DNA of 22,848 nucleotides from Chitinophagales bacterium (GTDB lineage: Bacteria > Bacillota > Syntrophomonadia > Syntrophomonadales > DTU052). Position 1 is the stretch's first letter; every line of letters starts with the position of its first letter. The notes beneath the pieces are model-generated. The model was given only the letters and a program-made list of their open reading frames with translations, did no database searches and had not been told where the DNA came from. The stretch is from contig JBLMZW010000050.1 of NCBI GenBank assembly GCA_050259035.1, positions 1-22,848 of the forward strand, written 5' to 3'. The position numbers were made by a program, and so were the translations under genes. Shown here in pieces: positions 15,690-22,848 of the stretch.

Positions 15690-16472
15690 CTACTCTCCCT
15701 TGAAAACCGGCTTGCGTTTCTCTCGGAAAGCTATTACACCCTCAATTAAGTCCTGTGATTTAAGACAATGATTCAAGGATAGATCGACCACAGCGTTGGA
15801 GAATTTCGTGTCAAATATGGACTCTGTATCAATTACGGAATGTTTAACGCAGCGGACAGCGATAGGCGCGTTTTCCGCAATAAGACGTCCTATCTTTTTT
15901 GCTTCTTCAATCAAGCCATCAGGAGATACAACCTGATTGATCATGCCTATTTGATAAGCCTCTTGAGCGGAAACATTACGCCCGGTCAATAAAAGATCCA
16001 TAGCCCGGTGTTTTCCTATCAGCCTGGGCAAACGTATGGTTCCTCCGGCTGATGGGATAAGGCCCCGTTTTACTTCGGGGAACCCAAAGACTGCTTTATC
16101 TGAAGCGATAATCAAATCGCAGGCAATGCAAAACTCACATCCCCCCCCCATGGCATATCCATTAACCACAGCTATAATGGGCTTGGGGAACGCCTCCAGG
16201 CTATCCATCAGAGCCGTGACATCCCAAAGGGCGGCCCGTAACGCCGACATGTCAGCTTCCGCGAAACCTTTGGACATTCGGTTAAGATTGGCACCGGCAA
16301 AATATATTTTTTCATGAGCGCTCTTGATAAGTAAAACCCGAATCGAGTTATCTTGGGCCAATTCTTCTAAGGCCTTACTGAACTCTTTCTGAAACTCGTC
16401 TGAAATGGTGGTTTCATACAGGGTCAACCATGCCAGGTGATCCTGTTTGTTTATCTCTAACGGTTTATCCAT
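15690..16472 (-). CDS. Enoyl-CoA hydratase/isomerase (crotonase) family protein
   Basis: The oxyanion-hole motif AVNGYAMGGGCEFCIACD and the GFPEVKRGLIPSAGGT segment are present. The start is the ATG at 16472 (MDKPLE...), 5 nt after GGGGGGATGG. The ORF-track start at 16517 is not an ATG. Confidence 0.8.
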   Translation of the reverse strand: MDKPLEINKQDHLAWLTLYETTISDEFQKEFSKALEELAQDNSIRVLLIKSAHEKIYFAGANLNRMSKGFAEADMSALRAALWDVTALMDSLEAFPKPIIAVVNGYAMGGGCEFCIACDLIIASDKAVFGFPEVKRGLIPSAGGTIRLPRLIGKHRAMDLLLTGRNVSAQEAYQIGMINQVVSPDGLIEEAKKIGRLIAENAPIAVRCVKHSVIDTESIFDTKFSNAVVDLSLNHCLKSQDLIEGVIAFREKRKPVFKGE

Positions 16473-16717
16473 TTTCGCCATCCCCCCATAAACAATATTC
16501 ACACACCCCGGTAGCACTATTTCCCGGTTATGGCACCGGAATCGTCAAACCCCCAACTTAAATGTCAAATCGGGTAATCCCCCCTTTATTCCTGATGTAA
16601 AACAGCTGCGCGAACATAATCAGTTATATAATTATGACATATTATGCCAATAATTCACAGTACGATTACCCTTTTAAAGGTAGTTCTTACTGCCACACAA
16701 TGTTTAAGCCATATTAA

Positions 16718-16740
16718 AAGGACCGGAAAACCCGGTCCTT
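16718..16740 (-). terminator. Rho-independent terminator downstream of the GerMN gene (bidirectional appearance)
   Basis: A 7-9 bp stem (AAGGACCGG / CCGGTCCTT) with a 5-nt loop is flanked by A-run and T-run sequences. Confidence 0.65.
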
Positions 16741-16790
16741 TATCATTAAAGCGGATAAACTCCCGCTCATTTAGCTAGCTTCGTATATTA

Positions 16791-17558
16791 TTACTTTGAG
16801 CGGTCTACCGATGGTTTAGTCGTCTGCGTTTCACTTTCCTGTCTATTCCCTTTCTGATTGGATTGTTTCGTTCTCTCTGATTGCCCGGCCTGCCCAGATG
16901 GGGTCTGCTGGTTGGGCCTTTGTACTTCGTTGGTCTTTTCTGGAACTGTGGGTATGGGTTTCAACTGTATTCTTTGTACCTGAGGTGGTTTAAGCAAGCT
17001 ATAGTCAGGGCGAATTGGACTGGACAAATCAATATCGCCCAGGGGGCTTATTACTGTCTTCCCCTCCACCAGGAATTGAACCCGGTTTATTCCGGGCAGT
17101 TTAGCAAGTGAATCAACGATTGAATATACCGTTAATTTTTCGGCGGTCTGCCCTCCCCGGTGGCGGGTTATTAATTCCTTGGAAAAGTTGGCTTTGGCAA
17201 CACCATTTACTACCGATACCGATAAAACTCGGGTTTCTGGAGGAATGGTAGTAATGGTATCACTGACCCGCGGGCCATTAATTAATTCTTTTACTACATT
17301 GGCAGGAATCTTTGAGCTTGCGGCGGTTATGGTCCTGGTCTCGGGAACCAAATACCTTACTTGTTTATCCGCAAAATAAAGAGTAACCCTTTTTGTTATT
17401 GATGCCTCCTTACGGGCTACGCCTCCGGATGATACAGGTTTTTTGGGGACTGTCTTTTTATTGGTTGTACTACAGCCGGACATAACCAGACAGGAAAGTA
17501 ACATGGTAGCCAGTACAATCTTCAAGATACCAACGAACTTGGTATTTCGACTATTCAT
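16791..17558 (-). CDS. GerMN-domain sporulation/germination lipoprotein
   Basis: The signal peptide ends in an MSGC lipobox. The GerMN-like core is recognisable (TLYFADKQVRYLVPETRTI...NGP...VQFLVEGK). The C-terminus is a Q/P/T-rich low-complexity tail. The start is set at the ATG at 17558, 7 nt after GGAGG. The ORF-track start at 17600 has no SD. Confidence 0.75.
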   Translation of the reverse strand: MNSRNTKFVGILKIVLATMLLSCLVMSGCSTTNKKTVPKKPVSSGGVARKEASITKRVTLYFADKQVRYLVPETRTITAASSKIPANVVKELINGPRVSDTITTIPPETRVLSVSVVNGVAKANFSKELITRHRGGQTAEKLTVYSIVDSLAKLPGINRVQFLVEGKTVISPLGDIDLSSPIRPDYSLLKPPQVQRIQLKPIPTVPEKTNEVQRPNQQTPSGQAGQSERTKQSNQKGNRQESETQTTKPSVDRSK

Positions 17559-17765
17559 TCCACTGCCTCCTGTATAAGTCTTTAATCCTAGTATGTCCAT
17601 AGCCTCATTATGTTACCAGAAACCAAATCGGTTGTTGTGCTGATGGTACGCATGTATCAGAATACTACAAGGCGCTCGGATAACGGTTTCTATTACTCTT
17701 GTTGTCTTTCGTATACAATCAATAAAGAACAATCTTCAGAATTCTATATTAAAGAGGGGATATTC

Positions 17766-18101
17766 ATGTTTACCACTCACAGTAAAAATCCTGGTAACTA
17801 CCTGCTTGCTTTGCCCGGCATTTATCGCCGAACCCTGGTACACGGATCAAGGACCCTTATGACAGAATTTCTTCTTGAAAAAGGAGCTGACCTGCCATCG
17901 CATCAACACCCCCAGGAGCAAACAGGCTATCTGGTTTCCGGCCAGATGATACTGGTTATAGGGGATCAGGAACATAAGGTTGGACCGGGTGATAGTTGGG
18001 CTATACCTGGGGGAGTAGAACACCGGGCCGAAGTCCTCGAAGATTCGGTGGCTTTAGAGGTTTTTTCTCCGGTCAGAGAAGATTATTTACAGAAGGATTG
18101 A
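17766..18101 (+). CDS. Cupin-domain protein (~111 aa)
   Basis: The two cupin motifs are present: PSHQHPQEQTGYLVSG and GPGDSWAIPGGVEHRA. The start is the ATG at 17766, 7 nt after GAGGGG. The ORF-track start at 17610 would add 52 residues upstream that have no SD and read like non-coding sequence. Confidence 0.7.
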   Translation: MFTTHSKNPGNYLLALPGIYRRTLVHGSRTLMTEFLLEKGADLPSHQHPQEQTGYLVSGQMILVIGDQEHKVGPGDSWAIPGGVEHRAEVLEDSVALEVFSPVREDYLQKD

Positions 18102-18258
18102 CTTTCATTATTCATCGGATAAGCTTCGAATCAGGAAATACTTTTTCTTTAACCCGGGAAATTTTTTTAATCTTAACCGAGTCAAATTGTTATACGGGTT
18201 AACCCAAAAGGTAACGATCGGGGGTGGTGTTGGTTTGGGGGTTGAGTTAACCGGTGAA

Positions 18259-18798
18259 ATGCAGATTATTCGTAGAATAGTAGCCGGGGAAACCGAACTC
18301 TTTGATACCCTGTACGAGAAACACCACCGCGAGGTTTTTGTTTTAGCTTATCGCATGTGTCAGTCCCGAACTGATGCGGAAGAGGTGGTTTCAGAAGTTT
18401 TTCTTAAAGCTTACCGGGGGTTAAAGAAGTTCAAGGGGGATTCCAGCCTGGCCACCTGGCTGTACCGGATCACTATTAACGAAAGCAATAACCTACTCAG
18501 ACGAAGCCGTCGTCAGGTTCCCTGGGACCCGGATGTTCCTTTCCCGCAGGCATCGCGAAGTGCAACAGAATCTTTCGCCCAAGTAGATGAAGAAATGACT
18601 AAACGAGAGGAAATAAGGGACTTACGGCAAGCCATGCGGGAACTTCCGATCCAGGATCGATTAATCCTTACTCTGCGCTACGATAACGAGTTATCTTATG
18701 AAGAAATTGCTGAAGTTGTACATATGCCTAAAAACTCAGTGGGAACCAAAATAGCCCGGGCTAAGAAAGCCTTGATGGCAAAGATGAAGGAGAATTAA
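18259..18798 (+). CDS. ECF-type RNA polymerase sigma factor (sigma-70 regions 2 and 4)
   Basis: Region 2 reads EVVSEVFLKAYRGLKKFKGDSSLATWLYRITINESNN. Region 4 reads LSYEEIAEVVHMPKNSVGTKIARAKKAL. The start codon is uncertain: ATG at 18259, TTG at 18235, or the ORF-track TTG at 18187. Confidence 0.8.
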   Translation: MQIIRRIVAGETELFDTLYEKHHREVFVLAYRMCQSRTDAEEVVSEVFLKAYRGLKKFKGDSSLATWLYRITINESNNLLRRSRRQVPWDPDVPFPQASRSATESFAQVDEEMTKREEIRDLRQAMRELPIQDRLILTLRYDNELSYEEIAEVVHMPKNSVGTKIARAKKALMAKMKEN

Positions 18799-18802
18799 TA
18801 AG

Positions 18803-19363
18803 ATGAGACCAGACTGTCCCGACGAAGGAATCTTACAAAGCTTTATAGACCGCGAACTGGTCGCATCGGAGGCGGAACATGTCTCCAATCATTTGCATGT
18901 CTGCCTAAACTGCCAAAATGAAGTGCAAAGAATAGCAGCGGAAGACAGTTGGCTGGGTTCGATTCTACACCAGGAATCTGATTATATTCACAGCCATTGT
19001 GAGGATCGACTTCAATCATTAAGAAAAGCCATTCGGGAAGATAGACCAATAGCGGTAACCGTTGGTCTGGTTATGGTTATTACCCTTCTATACTACCTGG
19101 TTGGCTCGACGATTCTTAATCTGTGGGTTGGCCCCGCTGATCAACTGCTGACTTGGGTTTATCTGATACAAGATTTGTCATGGTTATGGGAGGCCTTACT
19201 TAAGATCCTAATGGGGTCCGCCATTTTCCATGAATTATGGTCAAACTTATCCATCTCAGCGACACTCTGGACAGTTTTATTTGCTGCCGTGGTCATCAAA
19301 GCAAGTTCCCGATTCCATTATCGGGATTTGAAAAGTGAACTAGCACGAGACGGGAGGGTTTAA
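18803..19363 (+). CDS. Zinc-finger (ZAS, HxxxCxxC) membrane anti-sigma factor
   Basis: The N-terminal motif is C5...H(LH)VCLNC. A TM helix follows (PIAVTVGLVMVITLLYYLV), and there may be a second hydrophobic segment. The gene starts 4 nt after the sigma-gene stop and has an AAGGAG SD. Confidence 0.75.
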   Translation: MRPDCPDEGILQSFIDRELVASEAEHVSNHLHVCLNCQNEVQRIAAEDSWLGSILHQESDYIHSHCEDRLQSLRKAIREDRPIAVTVGLVMVITLLYYLVGSTILNLWVGPADQLLTWVYLIQDLSWLWEALLKILMGSAIFHELWSNLSISATLWTVLFAAVVIKASSRFHYRDLKSELARDGRV

Positions 19364-19364
19364 A

Positions 19365-20543
19365 ATGAGCCTATTTAAAAAGATAGCCTTAACTTGCATA
19401 ATGGTGGTTACCCTTGGACTTATGACAGTCAGTCCGGTCTTGGCCTGGCAAGAAATGTATAGTAAATCAGAAAATTCAGCGGCTACTACCGTTTCAGCGG
19501 ACCAGATAATAGATGATGACTTACTGATGGCTACCCAGGACGCAACATTTGATGGAACTGTAAACGGAGACCTATTGATCTTCGCGCAGAATGTCATCGT
19601 CAATGGTACTGTAAATGGGGATCTAATAGTTTTTTGTTCGAATCTAACTATTAACGGGCAGATTAATGACGATGTACGAGGCGCAGTGGAAACCGCCCGC
19701 CTTAATGGGCAGGTTGCCGGTAATTTCAGCATGGCAGGCAGCCACCTATATTTAGAAAACAGAGCTCAAATCGGGGGTAATGTTACTATAGCCGGTGACA
19801 CAATTACAGTTTTGGCCCCGGTTCAGGGTTCCGTTACAAGCTACTCCCGCGCTGTGGAGATTGCCAGTGCCGTAGGTAAGAATGTTAAACCCTATGCTGA
19901 ACGGGTAACTATAAGTCCAGGCGCCGATATCGCCGGAAATCTAATATATACCAGCAATGAGCCTGCCAGTATTTCACCTGAGGCTAAAATTGCCGGAGAG
20001 GTCACCCATAAGTATCCTCCTAAAACCAAGGAGACCAGTAAAACCGACTCTGCAGCTTCGAAGGTAGTTTGGTTTCTGGTTAGTCTGGTTTCATGCTTAT
20101 TGATTTGGTTTGTCTGGCGTCTAGTAAGTGAGGACTCTTTCGAAGATACTGGACGGGAGTTGTTGAATTCGCCTTGGGCGACTGTAGGCTGGGGTATGCT
20201 CTTATTTTTCGTGGTGCCCATCGCATGCCTGATACTACTGGTCACGGTTATCGGTATACCACTTAGTTTAATAGCTTTTGTGGCATATCTGATATCGATA
20301 TACATTGGAAGAATCATTGTTGGCTCCTGGCTGGGTCACCTGGCGGCTGAGAAATTCAGTAGTCAGGGTATGTTAGACAATCCCTACCTCATGACCATTC
20401 TCGGTATCCTTATTGTTATGCTGCTAGGGCAGATACCGATTTTGGGGTTCTGGATTCGCTGGCTGGTGGGTGCCATTGGCCTCGGCTGCGTATTTCTGGC
20501 CATCCGCACCTCAATAACCAGGAGAAACACAGAAGAAGTCTAA
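19365..20543 (+). CDS. Signal-peptide protein with a bactofilin-like (DUF583/polymer-forming) beta-helix repeat domain and a C-terminal 4-TM domain
   Basis: The signal peptide ends VLA/WQ. Beta-helix-type repeats follow (FDGTVNGDLLIFAQNVIVNGTVNGDLIVFCSNLTINGQINDDVRGAVE...). Four hydrophobic helices sit at the C-terminus. The ATG is 1 nt after the anti-sigma stop and 6 nt after GGGAGGG. Confidence 0.7.
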   Translation: MSLFKKIALTCIMVVTLGLMTVSPVLAWQEMYSKSENSAATTVSADQIIDDDLLMATQDATFDGTVNGDLLIFAQNVIVNGTVNGDLIVFCSNLTINGQINDDVRGAVETARLNGQVAGNFSMAGSHLYLENRAQIGGNVTIAGDTITVLAPVQGSVTSYSRAVEIASAVGKNVKPYAERVTISPGADIAGNLIYTSNEPASISPEAKIAGEVTHKYPPKTKETSKTDSAASKVVWFLVSLVSCLLIWFVWRLVSEDSFEDTGRELLNSPWATVGWGMLLFFVVPIACLILLVTVIGIPLSLIAFVAYLISIYIGRIIVGSWLGHLAAEKFSSQGMLDNPYLMTILGILIVMLLGQIPILGFWIRWLVGAIGLGCVFLAIRTSITRRNTEEV

Positions 20544-20565
20544 CCGATGACAATCTTAGGTATTG

Positions 20566-20593
20566 ACAGCCTGCCCCATAAGGGGTGGGCTGT
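20566..20593 (+). terminator. Hairpin between convergent genes, a candidate terminator
   Basis: A 12-bp stem with two G-U pairs (ACAGCCTGCCCC / GGGGTGGGCTGT) encloses a 4-nt loop. The U-tract is weak. The right arm overlaps the stop codon of the minus-strand hydrolase gene. Confidence 0.45.
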
Positions 20594-21312
20594 TACCATA
20601 TATCACAGGTTAATAAAACTACCGAAGATTCGTCAGCCTTTGCAATAATTACCCCCTCCGGGTGCACTATCATCGAGTTGCCCAGGCTATTTAAACCCAT
20701 ATTACTGCCAACCGTATTAGTAAACACAACATGGCATTTATTCTCCACCGCCCGGGCGATGGGCAATGCCACGTTTTTATCCAGTTTTTTTCTAGCTTCC
20801 GCCGGAGGGTAAAAATGAGCCGCCAATATAAAAAGTGCGCTGGCGTTCCCCTGGCATGCTTCTCTGGCTAAATCGGGATAATTTTGATCCCTGCAGATAA
20901 TTACCCCGAAAGAGTGATCTTTATAAGTAAAGTTCAGTGATCTATTTCCGGGGCTAAAGTACTTTTCCTCCTCAGCAATCAGGTTATTTTTATCATAGCG
21001 ATAATTGATTCCACCGGGCAGAATTATGGAAGCTGAGTTAAACACTTGGCCATTTTCGGAACTAGGCCGACCAATAATTATCCCCATGCCCAGTTTCTCA
21101 GCCTGGAGAGTGATGCGGTCGAGAGCCCGTGCCAGATCATCCTGGTAATCATATCCGGTAAGAGTCGGTAGATAAAACCCAGTTAGACTCATTTCCGGAA
21201 AGGCCACCAGTTCTACTTCCCTTTCCGCAGCCTCGATTATCATCTTCAGTATCATAGCCTCATTAATTTTGATGTCATTGCTGATGTACATCTGGGCAGC
21301 ACCAACACGCAT
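20593..21312 (-). CDS. Carbon-nitrogen hydrolase (nitrilase superfamily) protein
   Basis: The Glu-Lys-Cys triad is in its usual context: AFPEMSL, YRYDKNNL and GVIICRDQNYPD. The SD GAGGAGG lies 9 nt upstream of the ATG at 21312. Confidence 0.75.
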   Translation of the reverse strand: MRVGAAQMYISNDIKINEAMILKMIIEAAEREVELVAFPEMSLTGFYLPTLTGYDYQDDLARALDRITLQAEKLGMGIIIGRPSSENGQVFNSASIILPGGINYRYDKNNLIAEEEKYFSPGNRSLNFTYKDHSFGVIICRDQNYPDLAREACQGNASALFILAAHFYPPAEARKKLDKNVALPIARAVENKCHVVFTNTVGSNMGLNSLGNSMIVHPEGVIIAKADESSVVLLTCDIW

Positions 21313-21361
21313 AACAGCTAACCTCCTCGATTTACCCTAAAACGCCGCTAAAATCATGTTA

Positions 21362-22848
21362 CTACAGGTTGTGGTTCGCAGAGTTGTTTTCTTCCCCATC
21401 CGGTTCGTATACTAAATCACTCTCATCAATGACTGACTGTAAGCACCAAACCCCGGAAGTCGGTGTTGTCGGGATCGTGAATGCAATTCTGCCTTTACTC
21501 GTTTTACCAGGTTTAAGTGAGCTAATGTTTCTCTTCCCAACGAGAATTCTAGTGGCCTGGTTATCCCCATCCCAAAGGTAGTATTTTACACTGGTTTTGC
21601 CCGAGGGTGCCAAGCCCTGATTTATAACCAAATCCTTAACCTTTACTTTAGTTCCGGGCCGTGCCCCAATTGGTGTTAGTTGAAAATCACCCGAAAAAGT
21701 TAAATCCGGATAGGTGAAGTCAATACTTGTCCCAATCGTATTATTCCACTTATCCATTTCGGGGTTGACATTATCCCCATCAATTACAGCTGTGATATAA
21801 CCCACGTTTGATGTGATACTAGCTGGTATAGGGAGTATTATACTGCTCTTTTTGTTGCTTCCTGGTTTCAGCCCGGAAACCCTTTTCTGTCCCCGGCATT
21901 TTTCCGGAGATATATTATCTTCTTGGTTTTCAAGCAGGTAGTATTTTATGTAACAAGGGCTAGACTTTAAAAACCCGTTATTGGTTATATAACAGTTGAT
22001 CTTGACTTTCCCGCCAGGGTAGGCAGTCTGTGATCCTAGTTCCAGGGGGCCTTGGAAGACTAAATCGCAGGTAGCAACGTTTGTACGGTTTACATTGATG
22101 GTATAGACTTGCCTGGCAACTCCGTCCTGAGCTGTAACTTCTATTGATATTATATTTTCACCACCATTAAGCCGCATTGGTTGTGAAGTTGATCCACTGT
22201 CGACATGATCCCCGTTCACTTTAATTGTTGCATGTTCTTCTTCAGCTGAGGCAGTAATTGTAAGACTGGAAACATTGGTGCCTACATCAGCAGTATATAT
22301 TGTCGTATTCTTTTTAAATGCTGGATTTAGTTCCCCATTACTCAACCTTAATCCAGACAAATAAGCATTGCTGCTAGCTGGAACATTATTAGTAACAGCC
22401 TGGTTGCTAAAACTTTCTAAGAACGACCCGTCTTCTGCTTTTACATCTCCGGCAGCATAGCTTATAAGAACATTCTGGCCGTGAAGAATTGGGGTATCCA
22501 GAGTCAAGTCGATTGTCTTTATATTCTGTTCTAACCCAACTGAGGTTACGCTACGGGGTAAACCATCTACGGTCAGGCTAAATTGTCCTTCTTTACCTGC
22601 AGGATCACTTATATTTTTATTAAATTCCAGGCTTATTACAATGCCGTCTTTGCTCGTTACGGCTGATACAACAGTTGGCGGTTGTGAGATTTTTATTATC
22701 CGGTCAGCTCCACTGGGGATGAGCCAAAGGTTCTGCCCATCTAAAACACCGCCGGCAAACGCATAATTATTTTTAGTATAGTTAGCTGGCCAGCAGTTAT
22801 ATCCTTTCATTTCTCCCGTGTCCTTGTTTATTTTTATCACCATATTGG
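21362..22848 (-). CDS. Large cell-surface protein, C-terminal part only (Ig-like, cadherin-like and CARDB-like domains)
   Basis: The domains are beta-sandwich modules: a Big_5-like Ig domain (VTSKDGIVISLEFNKNISDPAGKEGQFSLTVDG...LISYAAGDVKAEDGSF), a cadherin-like domain (LSGLRLSNGELNPAFKKNTTIYTADVG...YTINVNR) and two CARDB-like modules. The ORF reaches the window edge and the first visible residues are not a signal peptide, so the true N-terminus lies beyond 22848. Confidence 0.7.
   Translation of the reverse strand, partial: NMVIKINKDTGEMKGYNCWPANYTKNNYAFAGGVLDGQNLWLIPSGADRIIKISQPPTVVSAVTSKDGIVISLEFNKNISDPAGKEGQFSLTVDGLPRSVTSVGLEQNIKTIDLTLDTPILHGQNVLISYAAGDVKAEDGSFLESFSNQAVTNNVPASSNAYLSGLRLSNGELNPAFKKNTTIYTADVGTNVSSLTITASAEEEHATIKVNGDHVDSGSTSQPMRLNGGENIISIEVTAQDGVARQVYTINVNRTNVATCDLVFQGPLELGSQTAYPGGKVKINCYITNNGFLKSSPCYIKYYLLENQEDNISPEKCRGQKRVSGLKPGSNKKSSIILPIPASITSNVGYITAVIDGDNVNPEMDKWNNTIGTSIDFTYPDLTFSGDFQLTPIGARPGTKVKVKDLVINQGLAPSGKTSVKYYLWDGDNQATRILVGKRNISSLKPGKTSKGRIAFTIPTTPTSGVWCLQSVIDESDLVYEPDGEENNSANHNL

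Noticed and set aside
17610-17765. ORF-track 52-residue N-terminal extension of the cupin gene
   Set aside because: It has no SD, odd composition (CC, YY) and in-frame read-through of an apparent promoter region. The ATG at 17766 has GAGGGG at the ideal distance and gives a typical ~110-aa cupin.
1-22848. CRISPR arrays, tRNA or rRNA genes, transposases, integrases and prophage boundaries
   Set aside because: I found no direct-repeat/spacer structure, no cloverleaf-like tRNA candidates, and no transposase, integrase or recombinase protein signatures in any frame. GC content is uniform across the window.

Overview
This looks like a chromosomal segment from a spore-forming Firmicute, probably a clostridial or Peptococcaceae-type genome. 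A GerMN sporulation lipoprotein is present, Shine-Dalgarno sites are strong, and GC content is moderate. The window is dense with protein-coding genes. I see no rRNA, tRNA, CRISPR array, transposase or integrase.

Gene order, left to right:
- A minus-strand flotillin/SPFH gene whose SPFH domain carries about five tandem copies of a ~74-aa module.
- A minus-strand operon: MFS transporter, a frameshifted Tam-like SAM methyltransferase, and a class I/II aminotransferase.
- A plus-strand RsiV/PdaC-like DUF4163/DUF3298 lipoprotein.
- A long acetyl-CoA hydrolase/transferase-family gene with a clear extended -10 promoter, ending at a bidirectional terminator it shares with the next gene.
- A standalone UvrA paralog whose best-supported start is an ATT codon behind a strong ribosome-binding site.
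- A four-gene minus-strand operon: crotonase, CdaR regulator, glycerate kinase, M24 metallohydrolase.
- A GerMN lipoprotein.
- The most system-like module: a small cupin, an ECF sigma factor, a zinc-finger (ZAS) anti-sigma factor, and a signal-peptide-bearing bactofilin-like beta-helix protein with four C-terminal TM helices. The last three are translationally coupled. The sigma gene is preceded by four TTAACC repeats. The cupin plus ZAS anti-sigma pair recalls a ChrR-type anti-sigma split into two genes.
- At the right edge, a carbon-nitrogen hydrolase and the C-terminal part of a large Ig-like/cadherin-like/CARDB surface protein that runs off the window.

Everything here comes from reading the sequence and the supplied ORF translations. 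No database searches were run.
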